From: Amoeboaphelidium protococcarum X5
Taxonomy: Eukaryota > Fungi > Aphelidiomycota
Assembly: GCA_023515725.1 (NCBI GenBank)
Contig: JALDTO010000208.1
Location: 778,534 to 842,533, forward strand
DNA length: 64,000 nt
Reading direction: 5' to 3'
Position numbers and translations under genes: made by a program
The notes under the pieces: model-generated
What the model was told of the DNA's origin: nothing
The model's database searches: none
The model's input: only the letters and a program-made list of their open reading frames with translations
In this document: positions 51,799-63,314 of the stretch, piece after piece
Position numbering within the stretch: position 1 is the first letter of the stretch
Layout: each line of letters begins with the position of its first letter

Positions 51799-53615
51799 AT
51801 GTAGAGGTTGATTACTGCATCTCCAATTGGAATCGCTCGTACTAGGTATGTATTTGTGTTCTCCCTCTATTTAATGTGCTATATCATTAGTATCGATCGA
51901 TTGATTAATTAGCTGTAGTTGGCGATTAAATTCAAATGCCAAAAGATGGGTATAGAGTGGAACTCATTCCGCGTCCATCTCTTAGAGTTAGTCCAATGTC
52001 ATAGAATTACGTATCAGCGATCTGAGATAGGACACTGAAATTGATATTCCATCTGATGGCTAGGTGATTCTTAAACAAGTGAGAGTTCATGCTGTGCGAG
52101 TGACTAAACGTAATTGCTTTATCATTCTACGTCAGGGTGGTGAGACACTTTAAGCTATCGTGTCAATAGATTAAACTGGATCCACTGCTTCACTATTTGA
52201 ATAGTGCTAAAAGTAAGCTGTATCCAAATCATTATTCGATTCATTGTCACTTATTAAATTGCGCGTTGTAGATTAAAGATAGAGTCGATCGTAAATGTTC
52301 GAGGTAGATTGGTTCCACTGGGAAATTAGTAGCGGATCAAAGCATGTACTGTTCATGGATATGAACTACACGCGACATCAGTTGATATCGTCAGTGCTCC
52401 GACTGTGGATAAGTTGCCTTTCAGCACTGTCGATGCTAATATTGTCGATCGCATCCACTTGGACACTCGTCTAGATAATCGAGTACTAGATCTCAGGGTA
52501 AGAATATTGGACTTTTATCTCTCTTTAATGTATATGGTTTATAAAGATGTACTTTTTTAATGTAGAGCAGTGTTAACTAAGCCATATTTTAAATTTAACA
52601 TGGTGTGACTTAGGCGTTTAGATCGTTTATGCTGTAGAATGACTTTATTGAGATTCACACTCCTAAGTTGATATCTGCTGCCAGCGAAGGTAGTGGCTCC
52701 AGTGTATTTAAAGTTGACTACTCTTTTGGCTAGTAATCCTAGAGTGATGAAGCACCCTAGTCTAATACATAATAGGATGGAATGAGTAATAGTGCTGCTA
52801 CTTAGCAAAATACGTAAGCTGCCTTCTTAGCTCAGTCTCCATAGCTGTACAAGTAGATGATGATTTGTGCCGATTATGAGCGCGTATTTGAGATTGGACC
52901 AGTGTTCAGGGCGGAGAACTCTCATACCCATAGACATTTGACTGAATTCACGGGACTGGATTTCGAGATGTAGCTTAGAGGTGATGATGCTGTGGATTAG
53001 GCTGTACATATGATAGACCGTTTGTTTAGATTTATCTTCAGCGCGCTGGATAGTGAGTACAAGCAGTAAATAGACACTGTGCATCGGTCGTTCTAGAGTT
53101 AAACCTTCTAATTATCTAAAGAGACTCCTATACTGGAGCACAGAGATGCTGTCTAGATGCTACGTAATGCAGGAGTTCATATGGACCCGATGGATGATTT
53201 TAGTACCGAGAATGAACGACTGCTTGGGCGTATAGTTAAGGAGAAATTTTAAACTGACTTTTTCATGGTTAAGAAATTCCCACTGGAAGTGAGGCCATTT
53301 TACACAATGCCTGATTAGCATAGTGATGATTAACACCACCTTTACTCGCTGTCTTATGATGCATATATGAGAGGGGAAGAGATACTTTCCGGTGCGTAGC
53401 GTATTCATGATTACCAGATGCTTGCTGATAGAGCTGAGAAGAAAGGTGTTGATGTGAATTAGATTCAGAGCTACATGGATGCTTTCCGTTACGGTGCACC
53501 ACCTCATGCAGGTGCTGGTATTGGCTTGGAGCGCGTGGTGATGCTCTATCTTGACTTGAAGAATGTCCGCCGCACTTCGCTCTTCCCGCGGGATCCCAAG
53601 CGTATTACACCTTGA
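51799..53615 (+). CDS. Aspartyl-tRNA synthetase, eukaryotic cytosolic type with mitochondrial-like leader; exons 51799-51845, 51913-52212, 52272-52497, 52566-53615
   Basis: [22 protein letters not shown][TAG]LYK[TAG][36 protein letters not shown][TAG][26 protein letters not shown]. Three GT-AG introns preserve frame. Confidence 0.92.
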
Positions 53616-54993
53616 TTGTACTAGTGACTTCTTTTGCTATACGAATAGATTTTTAAGATTGAATAATGTTTGGCAATTTTCAAAGATTTATATTTATAAA
53701 ACAATCTGATCAATTGATAAAAGGATTCTAAAGCAGTTTGCGCCGTAACAATATACTTAGAACAATTCCACATACTGAGATTGTCAAATAGAAGATCAAC
53801 ATTGAATCATACTGTCCATTATATTGAGAGACACCAGAAGTTGCACGCTTTGCTTTAGGTGCTATCGATATCAGCCATGCTATGAATATTGGCGTAGTAA
53901 AGAACGTGGCATTAAGCAGACACGAAGAAACACCATAAGCACTGGCCACTTTAGCTTCTCGCTGCGTTTTTGGATGAACCAGGATAGGCCTTGGAGATAC
54001 AATATCTTTATCGCATAGATCCACAGTATTCTCGATACTTGCCTTTCTCAACTTGCTGCTGCAGCTGCTAATACCATCATTATCGAGTAATAAAGGAGCA
54101 GCGGATGGTAGTTCAGATGCTGATTAATCAATCGGCGCAGAGTCGGGAGATAACTTTGTGTACTTAGATGCATCATGAATAGTCTCTGCCATTAGGCTGT
54201 ATATCACAGATCCAAATGTAGCATATCCTGCCCCCAATATAACTAAAATGGTTCCTGGACCAACGCGGCTGATCCAGAACAGCAGATGAGCAATTGATAT
54301 ACAGACCCCGCTGAATATCAGCTAGCTCACTTTGACAACCTGGCGACCGCGGAGAGATGACAGCTACTGCTCACCGAATATGAACGGCTTCTCTGCTAGA
54401 TAGGCTATCACGGGCATTGATATCACAGACAGAGTATCCGGAATACTGACAAGAGATGATGCTTTAACACCACTGTTCTATGTAGATGAATCCTGATCAG
54501 AAAAGTACTTGGCATCGATAAATGCAGTGGCCATAGGAAGAAATGATATTGTAGCCGTGGAATAACATATCAATATGAGAATAGTCATCCAATAAGTAGC
54601 TGGCAACTCTTCAATATCTCTGGGTAGTAAAGACCGAAATCGATTTGACATTAAACCCAGTACTCTACTTGTCCATGTCTACCGTCGATCAATGGCCGAT
54701 GATAAGGAATCTTGAGATGAGGACACAATGTCAACATGGCTATGATTATACACGATATTGGAGGAGTTGGTGACAATATTTAATAAATTTATCGCTTCCT
54801 TTGAAGATTAACGACTCTGTTGGCGAGATTAAGTTCTCCTTCTATTCGTCTCCAACATGGGACTTTCAATAGCATTGGGCACTCTATCCAAAAGGACTGT
54901 TTTATCGCTTCCTGGTAATTGCTCAGCTATAGACTTGTTGGTCAAAATAGTTTTAGCATTCAGTTATTATTCTGATGCTAACGTTGCATCCAT
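53031..54993. repeat. Copy A of a ~1.95 kb diverged direct duplication (AspRS 3' part + MFS 3' half)
   Basis: Colinear with 57441-59393, roughly 85-95% identical by eye. Confidence 0.93.
53710..54993 (-). pseudogene. 5'-truncated copy of the MFSD1-like transporter (central loop + C-terminal half; frame open, ATG at the breakpoint)
   Basis: Homologous to 58116-59393; homology stops at ~54995; 427 codons open with TAR=Gln. Confidence 0.75.
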
Positions 54994-55005
54994 ATTAGAA
55001 GTAAT

Positions 55006-55116
55006 ATCGTTTATTTGGTACCAAACTTAAAATGATCCTATTTTATCATTATTGTTATGATGATATAATGAAAATGATCATACTTTTTCAGTACACTTTG
55101 GTACCAAATAAACGAT
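55006..55116. mobile_element. 111-bp MITE-like element with perfect 20-bp inverted repeats
   Basis: atcgtttatttggtaccaaa (55006-55025) and tttggtaccaaataaacgat (55097-55116); AT-rich interior; sits about 12 bp from the duplication breakpoint. Confidence 0.65.
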
Positions 55117-55376
55117 CTTTAAATATCCCTGAAAACGTTCAAACAGATCTTAAACACACCTTGATATTCTTTCACTTGTGATTGTGCTCTGCTGTTCTCT
55201 ATCGAATCTTCTTTAGATGAGTCTTAACAAGGGTTACAATTCTGAGCTCAAAAGGCTTTCAATTTTGGGCCTGCTCCTTTGATAAAGTTGAACCTTCAAT
55301 GATTGGTCAGATTCTGTCGAATCAGAGAGGCTTGAGAAAAGACAAATTTTCTTTTCCTCCAAAAGACAAAAAGACA

Positions 55377-57399
55377 ATGAATTCCCCACAACAATTTGAT
55401 GAAGTAAAGGCAGCAATAGCCGCAATTCAACAAGAAATTAATGCAGCGAAAAAGAAGGTCGAGAAAGCGGAGGAGAGGCTGGAGAAGGCTATTGCAGAGG
55501 GCAAGGCGGAGTATATCCTGGTTAATATGAGGAGCCTTTTGGAATCGGCCACATCAGATCTCGCCGGACTGCGCAAAGAGAAGGAAAAGCTGATGGAGCT
55601 CGAGACCCTGCTCGTACAACAAACCACTGCCAAAATTGAAATTAGATCTGGCCCGAATATGTTCGCTCGATTTCCCTCTAAATCGCCTGCCACGATGGAA
55701 GTGCCACTCGATATTGGGCTCGACTACGCCTTGATCAAATCATGGGCATTTGAAAAGTTTACCAACCGCACCAAGTCTGTTGATGATCTCTTGGTTTTCT
55801 ACTCCACACGCAGTCATTTGAAATAGAAGAAACTCCATGGTAGTGAGCAATTGAAGACACTTGTTGAAGATGGAGCGCCGATCAAGTTTTACTTCACATT
55901 TGTGGACGATGTCAAAGATGTTTCATTCACTGAGCTGGACGTTACCGCTTCATCCGTGATCAAGCATCTCATGAGCTCATCTCAGGAGCTAGGAATGAGC
56001 GCGACAATCCCTGATCGACCAGCTACTTATGATGACCTTTATTCGTGGTTGTGCGAGTTTATGACGGAGCCTCGTGTTTTGGCGTTGGACGAAATTCAAG
56101 TTTGCCCCAAATTCTTGAAATGGCTCATTGCCGCTTGGGATTATGTTACTACTTCTGATGTTCCGAAAAAGGCGCTATTGCTGATACTCGGAACTCCAGC
56201 ACGTGGATCGAGCCAGGCACTTACCATCGATCCTAATCAACGAAACAAGGTTTCTCATTTGATATTCGAACCTCTGGATGCACACGAGACTGTTCAATTG
56301 TTAAAGACCCGCTACCCGAATATTTCTATGAAGGATTTAATATTTTGTTGGTCTGTTTGTGGTGGCAACCCGCGCAATCTGAAGTCTGTTTGTACCTTTT
56401 GTTTCGATTCTTCTGGCAAACTCAGTGCTGAGAAAGTTTTGGAATGGTTGGATGCGTGCCGACGTGAAGTTACAGCATCGATTAATTCGAAAGAGCTCAC
56501 TGTTTTGGAAAAACTTGCTCGGACTCGTTCTGCAGGGGGGGTCATACAGGAATGAGGATACGGAAATTGTTCATAATTTGATTCGCCGCGGATATTTGAC
56601 ACCAGTTTATGAGAATTTAACAGAGGACGGAAATGAGAGGATGATGGTCACAGATCCCCACATGCTTTCTGTTCTCACGTTACCCATAAACAGAAAGCGC
56701 GCTCATGATGAATTGTCAAATTTGGCAGGTTTGGGGATGGAGAGTTTTATCACATCGTTACTTGGTATCATGTCCATTATTCCTGGGTTTGAGTTTATGG
56801 GCATGCGCATGGAAGGTAAACTACCACGCTCGCTGTATTTCATCTCCCACGATGTCGATTTCGTTCTGTACAACTGTTATCCTGGCGATGATTATCACAC
56901 TCTTGTTATTGGGAATTCAAAGCTTTCTTTTCGAGAGTGGTGTGAGTGTGATTTCGTCTCATTATTTGACAAAAATGCTATGAATGTCATCGGGCCTATT
57001 CAACATGATATTCGAAAGATTGTTATTGCTCATGTTCTTCCGAGTTGGGAGATGTATGATCATGGAAATAGGCATATTGATGCATTCGCACAGAGTAAGC
57101 TTCGAAGCCAGTTTCAGCATATTCCTATTGAGCAGGTGTTGTGGGGTGTTGACAGGATGATTGATTCTCTGCCGGTTGGGTTGAAGGTAATTAATAATGA
57201 TCACGGGTGGCCTATTGTGCAAAGGCCCAAGTTTGGGGAGAGAATAGTTCAATATAAGGATATGGGTGTTGTTGTGGTAGCAGGGCAGCCGGGAGTAGGG
57301 AAGTCATACTTCATGAGGGACATGCTCTTGGACATGAGTTTCTGTGAGAACCAGCCACGCAAATACATCAACTTGATGGTTGAGGATTAATCACTTTGA
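55377..57399 (+). CDS. Crinkler/CR-effector-like protein: coiled-coil + Ubl/PB1-like header, archaeal-ATPase(STAND)-like NTPase, wHTH, PD-(D/E)xK nuclease, terminal Walker A; one frameshift at G7 (56535-56541)
   Basis: Walker B VLALDEIQ, LLILGT sensor, FEPL, CGGNPRNL; HNLIRRGYL wHTH; DVDFVLY..LVIGNSKLS nuclease; VVVVAGQPGVGKS at ~57270-57306. Removing one G fuses the two frames. Alternative ATG at 55299. Confidence 0.72.
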
Positions 57400-57437
57400 T
57401 AACTTTGACATACTATGTTTAAATAGATTTGCATTTT

Positions 57438-58022
57438 ATGTTCATCTTTACCGCGTTGGATGGTGAGTACAAGCAGTAAATAGACACGGTGTATCGGTCG
57501 TTCCAGAGTTAAGCCTTTTAATTAGCTAAAAAGACTCCGATACTGGAGCACAGAGATGCTGTCTAGATGCTTCGTAAAGCAGGTGTTCATATGGACCTGA
57601 TGGATGATTTCAGTACAGAGAATGAACGTATACTTGGGCGTCTCTTGAAAGAGAAATTCTAGACTGACTTTTTCATGGTCAAGAAGTTCCCGCTGGAGGT
57701 AAGGCCATTTTACACAATGCCTGATTAGCGTGGTGATGATAGACACTTATACTCGCTGTCTTATGATGCATACATGAGAGGGGAAGAGATACTGTCTGGT
57801 GCGTAGCGTATTCATGATTACCAAATGCTTGTTGATAGAGCTGAGAAGAAAGGTGTTGATGTGAATTAGATTCAGAGCTACATGGATGCTTTCCGTTACG
57901 GTGCACCACCTCATGCAGGTGCTGGTATTGGCTTGGAGCGCGTGGTGATGCTCTATCTTGACTTGAAGAATGTCCGCCGCTCTTCACTCTTCCCGCGAGA
58001 TCCCAAGCGTATTACACCTTGA
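57438..58022 (+). pseudogene. 5'-truncated AspRS copy (C-terminal 194 codons, frame open)
   Basis: Homologous to 53031-53615; lacks the anticodon domain and motifs 1-2; in-frame ATG at the breakpoint. Confidence 0.8.
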
Positions 58023-59393
58023 TTGTACTAGTGACTTCTTTTGCTATACGAATAGATTTTTAGATTGAATAATGTTTGGCATATTTCAAAGATTTATATT
58101 TGTAAAACAATCTAATCAATTGATAAAAGGATTCTGGAGCAGTTTGCGCCGTAACAATATAGTTAGAACAATTCCACATAATGAGATTGTCAAGTAGAAG
58201 ATCAGCATTGAATCGTACTGTCCATTATACTGAGAAACACCAGATGGTACGCGCTTTGCTTTAGGTGCTATTGATATGAGCCAAGCTATGAATATCGGGG
58301 TAGTAAAGAACGTAGCATTGAGCAGACACGAAGATACACCATAAGCACTAGCCACTTTAGCTTCTCGCTGTGTTTTCGGATGAACCAGGATAGGCCTTGG
58401 AGATACAATATCTTTATCGCATAGATCTACAGTATTTTCGTTACTTGCCTTTCTCAACTTGCTGCAGCTGCTAATACCATCATTATCGAGTAATAGAGGA
58501 GCAGCGGATGGTAGTTCAGATGCTGATTAATCAATCGGCGCAGAGTCGGGAGATAACTTTGTGTACTTAGATGCATCATGAATTGTCTCTGCCATTAGGC
58601 TGTATATCACAGATCCAAATGTAGCATATCCGGCACCCAATATACTTAAAATGGTTCCTGGACCAACGCGGCTAATCAAAAACAGCAGATGAGCAATTGA
58701 TATACAGACACCGCTGAATATCAGCTAGCTCACTTTGACAACCTGGCGACCGCGGAGAGAGGACAGCTACTGCTCACCGAATATGAACGGTTTCTCTGCT
58801 AAATAGGCTATCACAGGCATTGATATCACAGACAGAGTATCCGGGATACTGACAAGAGATGAAGCCTTAACACCACTGTTCTATGTAGATGAATCCAGAT
58901 CTGAAAAGTACTTGGCATCGATAAATGCAGTGGCCATCGGAAGAAATGATATTGTCGCCGTTGAATAACAGATCAATATGAGAATAGTCATCCAATAAGT
59001 AGCTGGCAAATCTTCAATATCTCTGGGCAGTAGTGACCGAAATTAATTAGTCATTGATGCCAGTGCTCTACTTGTCCATGTCGACCGTCGATCAATAGTC
59101 GATGATAAAGAATCTTAAGAGGAGGTCACAATGTCAACATGACTATGATTTTACACGACATTAGAGGAGTTGGTGACAATATTTAATAAATTTATCGCTT
59201 CCTTTGAAGATTAGCGACTCTGTTGGCGAGATTAAGTTCTCCTTCTATTCGTCTCCAGCATTGGACTTTCTACAACATTGGGCACCCTATCCAAAATGAC
59301 ACTTTTATCACTTTCTGGCAATTACTCAGCTAAAGTTTTACTCGGAATGGTTTGTGCATTTAGTTATTATTCTACTCCTAAATGTGCATCCAC
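57441..59393. repeat. Copy B of the diverged direct duplication
   Basis: Colinear with 53031-54993. Confidence 0.93.
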
Positions 59394-60251
59394 TTTATCG
59401 TTAAGTGTATCTAACTATGGGGCAGATTAAAGACTATCTCCTAGATAGATGATAGCGAAGGATGACGCGACTGATATCATACCCACGCCACATATAAACC
59501 AAGCAACTTGTGTCAAACCGATTGTTGCGGCCATAGGAGGTAGAATATTATAATCCAGTACGGAAGTAAGTCGCCCGACACTTATTGTAATTGCCATTGC
59601 AAAGGATAGAGATATAAAATTGACCGACTATCCAGACAGAGTGCCTTTATCATCTGACGATCCCGAGTCATCCATAAAGTGCTTGGCTACCAGAGACGAT
59701 TACACAATAGCTAAAGTTTCTGATCCAAGACCCAGGAGGAATCTTCCTACAAGCATAACAGTGTACCCAGCCACTTATTAATCCTTCAGCTAGAGTCCAG
59801 CGGCAAACACTATCGCGCTCACAAATACAGTGGACACCAGTATAAGAAGACTATTATTGAATCCATATCGCGCAATAAGTGAACCCGAGTAAATGGGCAA
59901 CACAATATTAGGCAAGCTGTAGATAGAGTACAGCGAGTTGAATCTAAACTGGAAATTCTCCAGATTTTTATCATTAATCTCTTATTACTATTGCTACTAC
60001 TACTACGATTATTCATCCAGTCTACCACTTCCCAGGTTCCAGTAATCTTACAAGCTGGTAGCTACAGTGGCCGGATAATCGTAACTTACAGATGAGCCAA
60101 ACATCACAGCACATGCCAGTAATAAAATGCTATATCGCCGCAAGTTCATCAAATCAGTCGGTGTCTTGGCCGCCATCCAAAAGTATATGAAACTTGAAAA
60201 TATACCACCGACAAGCACCACGCCGAACACTAGCATAAACGACACAGCCAT
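58116..60251 (-). CDS. Divergent MFSD1-like MFS transporter, full-length copy, ~711 aa
   Basis: FGSSVSYDYPATVA, FNSLYSIYSLPNIVLP, GRFLLGLGSETLAIV[TAA], ASAYGVSSCLLN. A possible upstream in-frame ATG lies at 60389. Confidence 0.82.
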
Positions 60252-60579
60252 GTAACGACTTCTCTACAGAGGATATTATTTGGCTGTTATCGATGGATAG
60301 ATTTAAATTACCAACTACTTATGAAGGATACTTATACTGTAATACTAAGCTCTGATAACACAAATGAGAGGATTTAAGATGCTAGTCATTCATAATCAGT
60401 CATGTTAAAGTGAGCACCATGGCAACAGACACAATAGGCTTTCAATCACGACGATCAATCACTCACTTAAGACTTATTGCCCATCTTATTGTCTTTTACT
60501 CATGATAACTAAAGCGATAAAACGTTATGATATAGTTAGAAATCAAATATAATAAGAGTTTATATGCGATAATTAAGTA

Positions 60580-61634
60580 TCACTACTTCAAGCCAAGATT
60601 ACCGGCGTTTGGTTCTTACAGAGACGCTCTAGAATCAGCAGCTGGACGATTGCCCAAACTGCCAGCCACACCGGCAGCCTCTTGAACTGCACGAGCAATA
60701 GTTGAACGCACTTTACCATCTTCCAAGCACAGGATACCAGCAATAGTACATCCACCTGGAGTGATAACTTCATCTTTCAACTCGCTAGGATGTTTTCCTG
60801 TCTTGAGATACATCTCTGCGGCACCCTTCATAGCACATGCAGCAAGTTCTAGTGCCACTTCACGCGACAGTCCCATCATAACTGCACCATCAGCCAGAGC
60901 TTCCATCATGACACATGCAAAAGCTGGACCACTGCCACTCAGAGAAGTGCAGGCATCCATATGCTTCTCATCCAGTACCTTAATTCTACCAAGAGGCTGG
61001 AACAGAGTGGTGGCAATCTTCTTGTGAACTGACGTGGTGTTTGAGTGCGCAGCGGTACTTATCACAGTCATACCTTGCCTGATTTTACATGGGGTATTGG
61101 GCATTGCACGGATCACAACAGTCTTAGGTAGCCATTTCCTGAATTAAGCAATCCTTAGACCACTGCATACACTGATAAGCATCTTGCCAACCAGAGCATC
61201 CACCATCTGACCATTTCCGTGTGCAATATCCTCCTCAAACATTTATCTGGCAATGTGAGGCCTTGTACATATCAATACAATATCAGCCCATTTACAGAGC
61301 TGTACTGCTGCGGATTCATCGTTATCAGCAGACTGGACATCCAGTACCGTATCACTGCTCCCATTGGGGGATAATGCACTATGTGAAGTGGAAGACTGTG
61401 ATGAATGGGAAGAGAATTTCTCTTGCAGCAATTTCGCAGACTCTTCAGACCCAACCAGACACTTGATATTCTGAATACCAACCACACCAGACTCTATCAA
61501 GCCACTCAGAATAGCCTTACCCATTGTTCCACACCCAATACTACACACATTTACACACACAATGAATGATAACAATCTCAGACATACTAAACAATATAAG
61601 CTTACATTGCCAACTTGCCTACTTAATCCTGCAT
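60580..61634 (-). CDS. PRO3: Pyrroline-5-carboxylate reductase; exons 61634-61606, 61540-60580
   Basis: KLAI|IGCGTMGKAIL, IRAMPNTP, LSGSGPAF, EALADGAV, LKDEVITPGGCTIAG; intron 61541-61605. Confidence 0.94.
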
Positions 61635-62079
61635 TGTATCAATAAATCTATTCAACTACCGCTAAATGTAATAACGACTAGTAACAAAAGTATATTTGAC
61701 TGGCTATTGTTGACGATAGAAAGGAGAAGATTCGATCGATTGAAATTGATGTTTAACTGTTGTTTGATCTTCAACGGGCGGGAGGCAACAACAATTACAA
61801 CAACAATAAAACAATCCCTTGACTCGGGATACAAGGGCCGACGGTGAGCTGTGATTGACGCGTTACTACAGCACTTGCAGTTTTTTATCAAGCGACGATC
61901 ATATGACTTGACTGACTTGGCGCACTGTCGCTTTTCAGCGCGCTAACTCTTTGTCGGGTCACACCCAGCCGAGAAACGCGCGAAAAAGTGATCGAGACGA
62001 CGAAGCTTCAGCCAAAGCGATGTTTAAAGCACAAGGAGAAGATTGAAAACCACGAATACACGGCAAAGTACGATTAAAG

Positions 62080-62655
62080 ATGACAACGGGTGAGAGGGAA
62101 GAATCAAAGGGCGGATTATCACACGCTGAATAGGAAGCACTGTTAAATTATACGTGGAAGCAGACTTTGAAAGAGGTGGATCTGTGCTTTCCTCTTGGAT
62201 CCGCAATTTAGCTCAAGGGTCGCGACTTTAGTATTGACATCAAGAAAAAGAGTCTGAGAGTTGCATTGAAAGATGGAAGTCGCGTCTTAGCAGAAGGATA
62301 ACTGTATGGAAAGATTTTAATTGATGATTCCACTTGGACATTGATGAATACCGCATCTGGTCAAGTGTTAGATATTCATTTGGAGAAGGCGACCAGTGCG
62401 TCAATGAAATGGTGGCCACACGTGCTTACGCATGAACCTCAACTTGACACCTCCAAAATAGAGCCAGAAAATAGTAAACTAAGTGATCTGAATGGTGAGA
62501 CGCGTGCTGTAGTTGAGAAAATGATGGTTGAGCAGAGAGCCAAAGCGGTCGGTCAGTCTGCGGTTGATGATAGTGAGCGCAAGAAGATGGAGATGCTTGA
62601 GAAATTCAAAGCTCAGCATCCCGAGATGGATTTCTCCAATGCTAAATTCAGCTGA
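62080..62655 (+). CDS. nudC: Nuclear movement protein NudC (CS domain co-chaperone), 191 aa
   Basis: YTWKQTLKEVDL, DDSTWTL, WWPHV..IEPENSKLSDLNGETRAVVEKMM, KFKAQHPEMDFSNAKF. Confidence 0.92.
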
Positions 62656-62719
62656 ATTGTAATAATATCATTTAATACTTTGTAATAGCAGTAAAAATAA
62701 TATATTCGTTTTGTATTTA

Positions 62720-63115
62720 TCATTGCATAGCAGTCTCCTTCTAAACTCTAGAGTGATAAGCTTTGGACACTATATTCCACGCGTCCATGTATCTGTCCAT
62801 GCACTTGGCAAGACAAGTTTACTCAGAGCTATCCAGCTTGGTACCAGGCTTGGTGACGCATTTCTTGAAGCATTTATCATTCATAGTCTACATAAATATA
62901 AGACGCAGTTCATAGCGCGAACGAGGAGTAAAATTAAAATATCATAATGAGATTGGACAACTTACATTCAAAAGCTCCTGGGCATTCAACACGGCCATCT
63001 CGGCGCGTACTTGGTCCATAATTTAATCTTTCTACTACAGTACTTACGCGCCATTTAGTCCACCCATTGAAGAGTCGATATCGGGCGAAGAGCTGGCTGT
63101 CGATGAAAAGTCCAT
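62720..63115 (-). CDS. TIM13: Mitochondrial intermembrane-space small Tim chaperone Tim13; exons 63115-62966, 62887-62720
   Basis: IMDQVRAEMAVLNAQELLN|TMNDKCFKKCVTKPGTKLDSSE[TAA]TCLAKCMDRYMDAWNIVS twin CX3C. Confidence 0.9.
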
Positions 63116-63314
63116 CCTTGGTTACTGTACTTTTTGGCGTTTAGCAAAATGCTGAATGATTAAAATGATCAAAAGAGGGAAAATGTCCAATTTTCAAGAG
63201 ACCGACCTGACCTCTCAAGGTAAGTTATAAACATCAACCAAAAAAAAAGATTGAAGCTAATTAAAATACTTTGATTTACAACAGATATTAAATTCAATTA
63301 TATGTACCTGAATA

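Noticed and set aside
57378-57440. Splicing that would fuse the CR-like gene to the AspRS fragment
   Set aside because: The candidate GTTGAG..AAATAG intron has a weak donor and leaves the AspRS fragment out of frame.
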